Origin: Candidatus Eremiobacteria bacterium
Lineage (GTDB): Bacteria; Vulcanimicrobiota; Vulcanimicrobiia; Vulcanimicrobiales; Vulcanimicrobiaceae
DNA: 64,000 bases
Assembly: GCA_963737065.1 (NCBI GenBank)
Contig: CAVTRC010000001.1
Span: forward strand, 2,304,001 to 2,368,000
Direction of reading: 5' to 3'
Within the stretch, counting starts at the first letter, position 1, and the number at the start of each line of letters is the position of its first letter. Below the pieces are notes generated by a model. The model did not search any database and was not told the origin of the DNA. It saw only the letters and a program-made list of their open reading frames with translations. This document shows, in pieces, positions 9,302 to 18,619 of this stretch. The position numbers were made by a program, and so were the translations under genes.

Positions 9302-10412
9302 CGATCGCAATCGCTAGACGAAGAGTGAGTTGGTCGTGTGCGCTCTCGAGCGTCCGTCCCGAGATCTCGCTGATTTGGCGAAGGCGGTAGAACACGGTGT
9401 GCCGGTGAACGTTCAACTCTGCTGCCGCCGTTTTGACGTTTTGCCCGGTTGCGAAATAGACGCGCAACGTGCGCTCGAGTTCCGTTTGATGTTTCTCATC
9501 GTACGCGCGCAGCGGCGCGAGCGTTGTTTGCGCGAATGCGCGCAGCGCGTCTGCATCGGCGCCCCCGTGCAGCAGCGGATACGCTCCGAGGTCCTCATAC
9601 GAAGCGATCCGGTCGCCGCCGTAAATCCGCCGAGCAATCGCAAGCGATGCTTCGGCATCCGCGACGCCGCGCGCAACGTCGAGCAATGCAACGACGCCGC
9701 TGATGCCGCCGCTCAGTCGCAGCTTCAGCTGCCGCTTTGCAGCGGTCTTCGGAAGCAGCATAGCGGCCGTTTTGGCGTTCTCCGCATCGACTTCGCGCGC
9801 AGCCGGAACGATAGCGACGAGCGCAGCGCCGCGATCGATCAAGCCAAGTTCACCTTCGGAAAAGCGAAACGCTTCCGTCAACGCGCGCAGCGTATCCGCG
9901 GCGTTCGGCAGTAAGTCGTCCGGGTCGGCTTCGAGCGCGACGCAGACGTAGTGATTGACGATCGTCACTCCCCGCGCCGCCGCGTCCTCGCGCGCTGCGG
10001 TCGTGTCGGGATATGCGCGTGCGACGAGACGCTCCCAAAATGCGCGCTTGCGCCCGCGTCCGCCCGTTGCATCGCGCGCGAGTTCGACCGCGATCGCGCC
10101 GGCAGCGAGGCGCAGCATGGGAAGCAACGCGTCGTAGTTCGTGTCGCGCTTCCCGATGAGCGATAGCCACCCATACGCTGCATCGCCCGCCGCAATTGGA
10201 AGCGTCCGCGCGCGTTCGCCGTTGAGACCGCGCGCGCTCGCGGGCAGCGATCCTTTCCCGGCCGTCGCTACCGGTCGCCAATCGACGTCTTCGACCAGCA
10301 CGCCGGTCCCCGTACGCTGCGCGAGCAGTGCCGCAAGCGCCTTCGCCCCGCCGCCCGAAGCGGCGACGCGCGCCAATGCTTCCGCGAACTCGACGATCAG
10401 CTCGGGAGTCAT
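9285..10412 (-). CDS. PucR/CdaR-family transcriptional regulator
   Basis: C-terminal LAPLRAYD...ELERTLRVYF...AAAELNVHRHTVFYRLRQI. Confidence 0.88.
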   Translation of the reverse strand: MTPELIVEFAEALARVAASGGGAKALAALLAQRTGTGVLVEDVDWRPVATAGKGSLPASARGLNGERARTLPIAAGDAAYGWLSLIGKRDTNYDALLPMLRLAAGAIAVELARDATGGRGRKRAFWERLVARAYPDTTAAREDAAARGVTIVNHYVCVALEADPDDLLPNAADTLRALTEAFRFSEGELGLIDRGAALVAIVPAAREVDAENAKTAAMLLPKTAAKRQLKLRLSGGISGVVALLDVARGVADAEASLAIARRIYGGDRIASYEDLGAYPLLHGGADADALRAFAQTTLAPLRAYDEKHQTELERTLRVYFATGQNVKTAAAELNVHRHTVFYRLRQISEISGRTLESAHDQLTLRLAIAIDALHT

Positions 10413-10451
10413 GCCGCGCCCTTTCGGCGAACGTGCCGATGGTTCTTGGAA

Positions 10452-12251
10452 ATGGACGCAGCGGTTCTTCGTGAGGCCGTCGCCTCGCTATACGCCGATA
10501 CACCCGACGCGGTCGTGCTCTATGATCGCGCCGGCGTTGCGATTGCCGCAAATGAAGCTGCCGAAGTTCTGACCGGCTACGCGCCGCGGGAATTCCTTGG
10601 GACATCGTTCGATACGCATGTCTCGTCGCGGGACGCCGACCGCATCAACGTCGCCGTGCGAACTGCGCTGGCGGGAAGCACCGACCACTTCGATACGAGC
10701 GCGAAGCATAAAAACGGCTCCGTCATCCCGGTCGAGTGCTATGTCTTTCCGGCGCGCTTCAATGACGAAATCGTGGGCGTTTTTGCACAAGCGCGCGATA
10801 TCGTTGCACTTCGCTCGGCGGAACGCTCGCTGACGATCAATCAGGAAAAATTCCGCTCGCTCTTCGAATACCATCCCGACGGCATCATGGAGATCAAAGG
10901 CGACCGGACGATCTCGCGTGTCAACGTCGCGCTCGAAAGTGAGACCGGGTATTACAGCGAGCAACTGGTCGGGAAACCGTGGACGGAGCTCGTCGCACCG
11001 GAATTGCGCGGTGACGCCGAAGAGCTTTTGCGCTCCGCGATGCGCGGCGAAGCAATGGAGAACGACTCGCTATTGCTCGACCGTCTCGGCAACCGTCTCG
11101 ACGTCCAGTTGAAACTGGTTCCGCTGCGCGTCGGCGATGACATTCTCGGCGGGTACGCAGTTTTCAAGAACGTTACCGCGCAGAAGAACGCGGAACGCGC
11201 AATCGCCGCGCATGGCGAACAGATTCGCCGGCTCTATATGGTTGCGGCTGCGCGGGGTGAGTCACTGGACCAACAAATCGACGGCGCGTTGCAGCTCGGG
11301 ATCGAACTTTTTGGCTGGGATCAGGCATACGTTGCCCATGTGGAAGATGAGCGCGTGCGCGTGCTCAACGTTTACGGCGAGCCGTCGGGAACGAAGGGAT
11401 CGTCATATCCGCTCGCAACCAGCGTGACGAGCTACCTGCTGCGCGGAGCCAATCCGCTCTTTATCGGCGACATCGAGTCCGAACCGTGGCGAAACGACGC
11501 CATGCGCGATATGGCGGCATGGCGTTCATATTTTGCGGTTAGCCTCAGTGTGTTCGACGAGTTTTACGGCGGACTCGTTTTCGCAGGGCTCGCGCCGCGT
11601 ACCGAAGGTCTGTCCTCAAACGAACGCGATATGGCGCAACTGATGGGGCTGTTCATATCAACCGCGCTCGAACGCGCCGCGCAGAGCGAGCGTATCGAGC
11701 AACTGGCGTTCAACGACTCGCTCACCGGTCTTCCGAACCGCGTGCTCTTCAGTGACCGTATCGAGCGAACGATTGCGACGGCGCGCCGTTACGAACGCGG
11801 GTTTGCGGTCATGTACGTCGACGTCGACAAATTCAAGCACATCAACGATACCTACGGTCATGCGATCGGCGACGAGGTGCTCAAAGAAGTCGCGAAGCGC
11901 TTGCGCGACTCGACGCGCGAAAGCGATACCGTAGCGCGGTTCGGCGGCGACGAGTTCGTCATACTGCAGCCGGTCGTCGACGGCGCGAGCGACGCCGCCG
12001 ATCTCGCGCGCAAACTGAACGTTGCGATGCAAGAGCCGATCATCGTGGACGGGGTCAAGCACGCCGTGCACGTCAGTATCGGGATCGCGCTCTATCCGGC
12101 CGACGCGCAGACGATCGATGCGTTGATGCGGGCCTCGGATCGCGCGCTCTATCGGGCGAAAAAACAAGGCCGCAACCGGTGGTGCTTCGCGAACGCGGAC
12201 GTCGCGCGGCGTGACCTGCAGGCGACGCCTAGCCGCCAAGCTGCGGAATAA
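10452..12251 (+). CDS. PAS-PAS-GAF-GGDEF diguanylate cyclase
   Basis: DSLTGLPNR, DVDKFKHINDTYGHAIGD, RESD I-site, RFGGDEF active site. Confidence 0.92.
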   Translation: MDAAVLREAVASLYADTPDAVVLYDRAGVAIAANEAAEVLTGYAPREFLGTSFDTHVSSRDADRINVAVRTALAGSTDHFDTSAKHKNGSVIPVECYVFPARFNDEIVGVFAQARDIVALRSAERSLTINQEKFRSLFEYHPDGIMEIKGDRTISRVNVALESETGYYSEQLVGKPWTELVAPELRGDAEELLRSAMRGEAMENDSLLLDRLGNRLDVQLKLVPLRVGDDILGGYAVFKNVTAQKNAERAIAAHGEQIRRLYMVAAARGESLDQQIDGALQLGIELFGWDQAYVAHVEDERVRVLNVYGEPSGTKGSSYPLATSVTSYLLRGANPLFIGDIESEPWRNDAMRDMAAWRSYFAVSLSVFDEFYGGLVFAGLAPRTEGLSSNERDMAQLMGLFISTALERAAQSERIEQLAFNDSLTGLPNRVLFSDRIERTIATARRYERGFAVMYVDVDKFKHINDTYGHAIGDEVLKEVAKRLRDSTRESDTVARFGGDEFVILQPVVDGASDAADLARKLNVAMQEPIIVDGVKHAVHVSIGIALYPADAQTIDALMRASDRALYRAKKQGRNRWCFANADVARRDLQATPSRQAAE

Positions 12252-13533
12252 ACGGCGTCAGCACCGAAAGAATCGATAGCGCCCCGATCGCGATCGCGGT
12301 TATCCAGGCGATCGTATTAGCAACAGGGCCGTTCGTATACGCGCCCATCACCGATGTACGGTTGATAATGATCAACATGAGGATCAGTTCGAACGGCAGG
12401 AGCGCGCCTTCGAGCGCTTGCGCGAAGAGGATCATTTTGAGCAGCGGCAGTCCCGGAAGCAAGACGAATCCCGCGCCGATGATTAGCCCGGCCGCAAAAA
12501 GCGTGAAGAACACCGGTGCTTCCGAAAAGCTGCGGTCGACCGCAGCTTCGAAGCCGAGCGCTTCGCAAATGATGTAGCTCGTCGAGAGCGGCAAAACGGT
12601 CGCGGTGAACAATCCCGCATTGAGGATTCCGAGCGCGAAGATCGTGGACGCGGCCTCGCCGGCGAGCGGCTTGAGCGCGACCGCGAAATCCATCGCTTGC
12701 TGTGGGTTGAGTTTCGCGCCGTGCTCGTTCGCGAAAAAGATCGTCGCCGCGTTCGCGATGATCATGAAGCCCGCGAGAGCGATCGCTAGAACCGAGCCGT
12801 TGACCACGTCAGCGCGCGCGAGCGGCAATTCTTCGGCGCGCGAGCCTTTCTCAACCACTTGCGATTGTAGAAAGAACTGCATATACGGCGAGATCGTCGT
12901 GCCGATGATCGTGACGACCATGACGACCCAGCCCGGTGTCGCCCACTGAACGTGCGGTACGAGCGTTCCGGTTGCGACGTGATGCCAATCGGGACGCGCC
13001 AGCACGGCCGACACGATGTAGGTAACGTAGATTAATGAAAAAACGACAAACGTACGCTCGACGATCTTATTGTTGAAGCGTAAGACGAAGAAGAAGACGC
13101 ACACGAGCGCGATCGGTACGGCGATGTAGCGCGAGATACCCCAATTTTCCGATGCGGCCGCGATACCGGCGAATTCGGTGGACGTGATCAACGTGTTGAT
13201 CAAGAACAAGACGAGCATCGCGAAGACGGAGATCTTGACGCCGAAGTTCTCGCGAATGAGCGCAGCAAGACCTTTTCGGGTAACGCAGCCCATGCGCGCC
13301 GACATCTCTTGCACGACGATCAACGCGACTGCGAGCGGCACCATCACCCATAAGATGTCGTAACCGAACTGCGCCCCGGCCGACGAATACGTCGCAATGC
13401 CGCCGACGTCGTTCCCGGCCGACGCGGTAACGAACCCGGGACCGAGAACCGCAGCGAGAAGAAGCAGCGACCGCCACAGCGATCGCCGCCGGGCGGGCTG
13501 CTCCACGGCCTGTTCAGTTGCCGACGCCTGCAT
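12229..13533 (-). CDS. NRAMP-related divalent metal (probably Mg2+) transporter
   Basis: LGPG...GNDVGGIATYS, QEMSARMG, GTTISPYMQF; about 11 hydrophobic segments; lacks canonical DPGN. Confidence 0.85.
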   Translation of the reverse strand: MQASATEQAVEQPARRRSLWRSLLLLAAVLGPGFVTASAGNDVGGIATYSSAGAQFGYDILWVMVPLAVALIVVQEMSARMGCVTRKGLAALIRENFGVKISVFAMLVLFLINTLITSTEFAGIAAASENWGISRYIAVPIALVCVFFFVLRFNNKIVERTFVVFSLIYVTYIVSAVLARPDWHHVATGTLVPHVQWATPGWVVMVVTIIGTTISPYMQFFLQSQVVEKGSRAEELPLARADVVNGSVLAIALAGFMIIANAATIFFANEHGAKLNPQQAMDFAVALKPLAGEAASTIFALGILNAGLFTATVLPLSTSYIICEALGFEAAVDRSFSEAPVFFTLFAAGLIIGAGFVLLPGLPLLKMILFAQALEGALLPFELILMLIIINRTSVMGAYTNGPVANTIAWITAIAIGALSILSVLTPFIPQLGG

Positions 13534-14821
13534 GCTGCGGGTGCCGGGACGCTGTGCGGTGCGCAGTAAACTTTGGCAGACGTTTCGCCATATCTTCCGG
13601 CATGATCGCATCGATCGCGTCATCGACCGTTACGATGCCGAGCATCTTTCCGGCTTCATCGACGATCGGCACGGCGAGCAAGTCGTAGCGCGCAATCGTC
13701 GCCGCAACTTCCTCCGCTTCCGTATCGGGACGAAGCGTCACAAGATCCGTGTCCATGATCGCTTCGATCGATTCTTGCGGATCGGCGAGCAGCAGCCTGC
13801 GCAACGATAACGCGCCGAGCAGCATATCTTGCTTGTCGACGACGTAGAGATAGTAAATGAACTCCGACGCCGGCGCGATCTCGCGGATTTTGCGAATCGT
13901 CGCTTCCGCCGTACGATGCGGATAGATCCACGTGTAGTCCGTGGTCATCAAACCGCCCGCCGTATCTTCGGCGTATTTGACGAGTTCGCGCAACTCGCTT
14001 GCCGTGTATTCGTTCATCTCCGCGAGCAGCTCTTGTTGTTGCTCCTCATCGAGTTCGGCGAGCAGGTCGGCGGCGTCGTCGGCGTCCATTTCTTCGATGA
14101 TGTCGGCCGCGCGCTCCGTACCGATATCTTCGATCAGCGAGCGCTGCGTGTCCGCATCGAGGTGCTCGAATGCGTCCGCTGCGGTCTCGTCGTCCAGCTG
14201 ACTGACGACTGCGGCGGCTTCACGCGCCGAAAGATCTTCGATGATGTCCGCAAGCTCTGAAGGGTGCAGCCGCGATAGCTTGCTCTCGGCCACGGAAAGG
14301 CTCACTTGTGACGGATTGGTCTCGCGAATCGGCGATACGGAATCCCACGCGATCATCGAGCGCGGAATCGAACGATAAATTCCCGGCGTAAACCGCTTGC
14401 CGAACGACTTGAGACCGAGACGGCGCAGCAAGCCGCCGACGCCGACGTCAGCCGCAACGACGCGCATCGCATCGCCGGCTTTTGCGATCTCGATGTCGTT
14501 GATGCGCACGACTTTGCGGCCGTCGACGTCGACGATCTGCTTGTCGAGCAAATCGGCGATGAGGTAGAGCGCGTCGCGTTCCGGCGGCGCCGGCTCCTTC
14601 GGCGTGAGGCTGAGCGCGATCTCGCCGTCGTCGATATCGGAGACCGTGTCAATCGGCGCAAAGCGCGGACCTTGCGTCGTCTTGATCACCAGTCCGTCGA
14701 TCTTCGGAAAGACGTCCTCGGGCTTATTGACGAGAAAGTCGCTGACTTTGCCGATCGGTATCTGATTGACGGTCGCTTTGCGCCCGACCAATTCCGAAAC
14801 AAACCCCTCGGTAAATGCCAT
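13514..14821 (-). CDS. MgtE-like cytosolic protein (PRC-barrel, MgtE_N, 2 CBS domains; no membrane domain)
   Basis: LLDKQIVDVDGRKVVRIND, LHPSELADIIE, DTAGGLMT, YDLLAVPIVD...GIVTVDD. Confidence 0.88.
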   Translation of the reverse strand: MAFTEGFVSELVGRKATVNQIPIGKVSDFLVNKPEDVFPKIDGLVIKTTQGPRFAPIDTVSDIDDGEIALSLTPKEPAPPERDALYLIADLLDKQIVDVDGRKVVRINDIEIAKAGDAMRVVAADVGVGGLLRRLGLKSFGKRFTPGIYRSIPRSMIAWDSVSPIRETNPSQVSLSVAESKLSRLHPSELADIIEDLSAREAAAVVSQLDDETAADAFEHLDADTQRSLIEDIGTERAADIIEEMDADDAADLLAELDEEQQQELLAEMNEYTASELRELVKYAEDTAGGLMTTDYTWIYPHRTAEATIRKIREIAPASEFIYYLYVVDKQDMLLGALSLRRLLLADPQESIEAIMDTDLVTLRPDTEAEEVAATIARYDLLAVPIVDEAGKMLGIVTVDDAIDAIMPEDMAKRLPKFTAHRTASRHPQHAGVGN

Positions 14822-14849
14822 CGCGCCTCACCCCCTCTCTCTTCATAGG

Positions 14850-15021
14850 CGACGCACGCTGCGCGTCGCCTGGCACTCCGCAACGCTTCCGCCACTTCGC
14901 GGCGGAAACGTAGCTGCGCGCCCCCACCGCGACTATCGCGGTGGGCCCCCCAACGACGCACGCTGCGCGTCGCCTGGCACTCCGCAACGCTTCCGCCACT
15001 TCGCGGCGGAAACGTAGCTGC
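14850..15021. repeat. Two identical 68-bp palindromic units (14850-14917, 14954-15021) separated by a 36-bp hairpin
   Basis: Exact direct repeat CGACGCACGCTGCGCGTCGCC...TTCCGCCACTTCGCGGCGGAAACGTAGCTGC; spacer contains CCCACCGCGA-CTA-TCGCGGTGGG. Confidence 0.95.
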
Positions 15022-15092
15022 CGAAAAACAAATAAACCGTCCGCCTCGCCGGCGGCCGGTTCGAATGGGCGCAAGGAACAAGTCCGACGCTA

Positions 15093-15252
15093 CCTCATTC
15101 GCATCCGAGCTTTGGCACCACGCGCCGTACCCCAAGAGGGAGCCGCGTTAGACACCGCCTTGTATCGGCGTAGTCTGGTCTACCCACTTGGCGTCTCTCG
15201 ACGTTTCGGGGCAGCGGCTTGTGTATCGCGTGGACGCCTCACCTAGCGAGGT
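15093..15252 (-). ncRNA. M-box (ykoK) Mg2+ riboswitch
   Basis: Minus strand carries CTCGCTAGGTGAGGC, GCTGCCCCGAAACGTCGAGAGACGCCAA, GGGT and GTGCCAAAGCTC hallmark blocks; upstream of Mg transport genes. Confidence 0.92.
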
Positions 15253-15330
15253 ATCCGTTCTAAGTATACGGCACATGTCGAGGCCCCGCATAATCGCGAG
15301 GCCTCGTTGCTTTTTGCATGCGACGCGGAG

Positions 15331-16008
15331 CTATTGCGCAGTTGGTACGGGATCGACCGTATCGAGATAGTTCGCAACGTAGAATTCGTAGAAGTGTCCG
15401 TTTTTGAACGACTGCGGATTCACAAGCGGCGGGAACTGCCACTGCGTCGCGGTGACTTGCGCCGGGCCTGCAATTGCTCCGACCTCGATACCGCTCCACG
15501 ATACGTCGATTCGTACGATATACAAATCGCCGGTCGATCCGCCGGGCGTTGACGTCGGACTGGGCGTTGGCGTCGGCGGAACCGTTTGAAATGCCATCGG
15601 CTTCAACGCGTCGGGTTCGTCGTTACGGCCGTCATGCAGCGTGCACGCGGGCAGTACGCTCGTGAGGTTCTGCAGCGAAAACGGCGCGTCCGAGTAGTAC
15701 CATGGGCCGAGCAGTGCCGTAGTCGGGTAGCACCTCGTGTACCAGCTCACGACCGCGAACGTTCCGTCGTTTGCAATGGTGAGCGGATCGTAGAAGTCCC
15801 AGCGCGGACGGCCGTCCCGATCCATGGATATGCGCGAGTTCGAGAGCGCCGGTATCGACGGCGCACTGGTCTGCGGCTTCAGATGGTGAACGGCCGGTGC
15901 AACGTTCCCGCTGCTGCCCGACATCGATGAAGTGCTGCCGCCGCAAGCGGCCAAAACCGCGAACGCTAATGCAGCAGACGAGAAGAGACGCGCGCGTTCG
16001 AGAAACAT
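15331..16008 (-). CDS. Hypothetical lipoprotein, paralog A
   Basis: Lipobox LAAC; strong similarity to 16123-16812. Confidence 0.75.
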   Translation of the reverse strand: MFLERARLFSSAALAFAVLAACGGSTSSMSGSSGNVAPAVHHLKPQTSAPSIPALSNSRISMDRDGRPRWDFYDPLTIANDGTFAVVSWYTRCYPTTALLGPWYYSDAPFSLQNLTSVLPACTLHDGRNDEPDALKPMAFQTVPPTPTPSPTSTPGGSTGDLYIVRIDVSWSGIEVGAIAGPAQVTATQWQFPPLVNPQSFKNGHFYEFYVANYLDTVDPVPTAQ

Positions 16009-16122
16009 ATGTATCCTTCCACGGAGCGCCGTTCTGGTTATCGACCTGGCGGATGTAAGCCTGCTCCGTAAACCGGCGCGCATCAAAAGAAACGGTAAAG
16101 GAGCCGTGTTAAATGTAAACGC

Positions 16123-16812
16123 TCAGCGTGCGAGCGGCACCGGGTCGTTCGTGTCGAGATACTTCGCGACGTAGAATTCGTAATAGTGACCGCTCGTAAA
16201 CAGCTCGCGATTGACGAGCGACGGAAATTCAAACGTTGTTGCGCTCACGTTTGCCGGACCGGCGATCGCCGCGACCTCAACGGAGCGCAACGTCATGTCG
16301 ACGCACACGATGTACACGTTCTCCGGAGATTCTGTCGGAATCGGGATCGGCGCTACGGTCGGCGTCGCTGTTGGAACGGGCGTCGGTGGAACGGTTTGGA
16401 AGCGCATCGGCAGACGCGCCTCGCTCTCCGGGATAACGGGGGTCGCATACAACGCACATCGTGCGAGTGTCGTGATCGCCGGGTTGGCCAATGACGATGT
16501 TCCATACGCCAAATACCAGGGGCCATTGAGACCTGACGTCGGATAGCAGGCGGCATAGGAAAAGGTCACGGCCAACGTGCCGTCGCTCGCGAAAGTCAAC
16601 GGCTGATAGAACCTCCAGCGAGGCGTCCCGTTCGGGCCGTTCGATAGCGCTGATGCCGTGAGCAAACCGGATCGCGGCGCGGCAATGGCGACGAGGCCCC
16701 CCTCCTGCGTGATGCGGGGCGCATCGGGCGCGGAAACATTACGGGCGCATGCGGCGAGAATCGCTGCAGCGAGCATCACAAAGACGGCGACACGTAACGG
16801 AACGGCTGACAT
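16123..16812 (-). CDS. Hypothetical lipoprotein, paralog B
   Basis: Lipobox LAAC; GGAGG RBS; shares PRWxFYxPLT, CYPT, GPWY, AIAGPA, YEFYVAxYLDT with paralog A. Confidence 0.75.
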   Translation of the reverse strand: MSAVPLRVAVFVMLAAAILAACARNVSAPDAPRITQEGGLVAIAAPRSGLLTASALSNGPNGTPRWRFYQPLTFASDGTLAVTFSYAACYPTSGLNGPWYLAYGTSSLANPAITTLARCALYATPVIPESEARLPMRFQTVPPTPVPTATPTVAPIPIPTESPENVYIVCVDMTLRSVEVAAIAGPANVSATTFEFPSLVNRELFTSGHYYEFYVAKYLDTNDPVPLAR

Positions 16813-16930
16813 AGGCGATGGCCTCCACAGGAAGCGCCAACTACTCTATCGGCCGGGCGGAAACGCTATCGTGTGCGATATGCCCGCGTCGAATCGAAAG
16901 AAATCGTAAAGACTCTGTATCGCACGCCGC

Positions 16931-18271
16931 TTATGCGATGAGTGCTTGGATCATGAGCGCCGCGACCTCACGCGAGTCGAGTTCGTACTGAGAGAGAACG
17001 CTCGTCGCTACTTGCGTGAGGATTTGTTCGCGCGTGAATGCCGTCACGGCTGAGCCGACATTCAAATCGCGGATAGAAGACTCCGATGACGTCAGATTCA
17101 CCGCCGCGACATTGTCGCTGTTCGAATCTTCTTGCGTGGACACCATCTGCGCACCGATCTGAGCGCGCACTTGCGAAATCTGGTCGAGTGCGTTTTGCAC
17201 GCGTAACTGCGCGTCCATCGCTGCCCATTGGTTGCTCGAATCGACCCCTTGCGTGTTGTCAAACTGGTCGACCATCGTCGGACGCAAGACGGAGATGTCG
17301 CTGACCTGCAACGCGTTCGTCGAGAGCGTCGGCAACGAAATTGCAACCGTGCCACCCTCGGTACCGGAGTCGTTGATATTGATCGCCGTGCCGCCGCCCG
17401 TTGCCCGGGGATCGAGGATGAAGATCCCTTCCGCAACTCCACCTGCGTCTTGCGGCGACAAATTCGCGAGGTTCACGGTCAAACCGTATCCTGAGGGCAT
17501 TGAAATATTGACGGGGCTTCCACCGCCCCCGAGATTCGGGCCGGCATTGACCGGCACTCCCGGTTGAACTTGTATGGATTCCGTCCCGTTGTTTGCGAAC
17601 GACGGATCGGTGCTGTACATGTCTTGTTCGAACGTCAGTGAACCGGTCGCTGCATCGTAGTTTTCGAGCTTAAACACGAAGACGCCGGTGAAGTGTTGGC
17701 CGGGCGCCTCGATCGTTTGCGAGTTCGGGTCGAACATGAGAGGACTCGATAGCTGCGAATTCGCGACGTCCGGAGTCGCTGCGTTACCGTCTGGTGCTTG
17801 ACCGGGATTGATCAGTTGCACGACGACGGGCGCGTTTGGCGCGGCAACATACGTGTCATGCGATCCGTCGAACAGTTTTACGCCGTTAAAATTCGCACTC
17901 GAAGAGATGTGGTTGATCTCTTTGAGCATCTGATCGATTTCAGTCTGAATCGCACTGAGCTGTTCGTTGGAATTGATGTCGGAGTTTGATTCGATGACTA
18001 GCGAATTCACGCGTTGCAGAATCTGCTGGATCTGCGCCGCGGCGCCGTCGGCAACCGCCAGAAGGTTTCCACCGGTTTGGACGTTTTCGACCGCTTGTTG
18101 CAGGCCGCTAACGCGCGTTTGCAAGCTCTCTGAGATTGCAAGGCCACTCGGATCGTCGGCGGCATTTTCAATCCGTAAACCGCTCGAGAGTTTGCTCGTG
18201 AGCGAAGACAGATTGTCCTGGTGCTGGCCGAGGTTGTAGAGGATGTTATCCATTCCGTTCGTGATGTTCAT
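16931..18271 (-). CDS. Flagellin-family protein (atypical termini)
   Basis: KLSSGLRIENAADDPSGLAISE, NFNGVKLFDG, RAQIGA, SESSIRDLN, REQILTQ. Confidence 0.9.
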   Translation of the reverse strand: MNITNGMDNILYNLGQHQDNLSSLTSKLSSGLRIENAADDPSGLAISESLQTRVSGLQQAVENVQTGGNLLAVADGAAAQIQQILQRVNSLVIESNSDINSNEQLSAIQTEIDQMLKEINHISSSANFNGVKLFDGSHDTYVAAPNAPVVVQLINPGQAPDGNAATPDVANSQLSSPLMFDPNSQTIEAPGQHFTGVFVFKLENYDAATGSLTFEQDMYSTDPSFANNGTESIQVQPGVPVNAGPNLGGGGSPVNISMPSGYGLTVNLANLSPQDAGGVAEGIFILDPRATGGGTAININDSGTEGGTVAISLPTLSTNALQVSDISVLRPTMVDQFDNTQGVDSSNQWAAMDAQLRVQNALDQISQVRAQIGAQMVSTQEDSNSDNVAAVNLTSSESSIRDLNVGSAVTAFTREQILTQVATSVLSQYELDSREVAALMIQALIA

Positions 18272-18504
18272 CGGCGCAAGCCTCCCGAGCGTGCGCGAGC
18301 GCGGTCCGAACGGTAGAGTCCGCGAACGCGAGCAGACTCAGTCGAGCGCGTGTGCTGGAGACGCTCGACGGTGACGTACGCATTCACCGGGCTGATGGAA
18401 ACGGATGAGAGAACGGTGCTGGGCGACGGAACAGCAGAAAACACGCGTACACTATCGCGATACGCGCGTTCAAACCGTCCTTGATTTATTCCCAGCACAT
18501 CCAT
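18268..18504 (-). CDS. Small hypothetical protein coupled to flagellin
   Basis: GGAGG upstream; ATGA overlap with the flagellin start; no recognisable family. Confidence 0.4.
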   Translation of the reverse strand: MDVLGINQGRFERAYRDSVRVFSAVPSPSTVLSSVSISPVNAYVTVERLQHTRSTESARVRGLYRSDRARARSGGLRR

Positions 18505-18546
18505 GACCGAGGTCTGTTTCCTCCCTGAAACGTCCCTGTAGTATTC

Positions 18547-18574
18547 CTATCGGCTAAACCCGCCGAAAAGTTTC
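18547..18574 (-). promoter_or_regulatory. Sigma28 (FliA)-like promoter for the flagellin unit
   Basis: GAAA-N16-GCCGATAG versus consensus TAAA-N15-GCCGATAA. Confidence 0.55.
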
Positions 18575-18619
18575 CGCTAACCGCGCGGTTCCCCGTAAAA
18601 ACGCCGTTATCCCGAGACG

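Noticed and set aside
14850..15021. CRISPR array
   Set aside because: Only two 68-bp units, the spacer is itself a hairpin, and there are no cas genes in the window.
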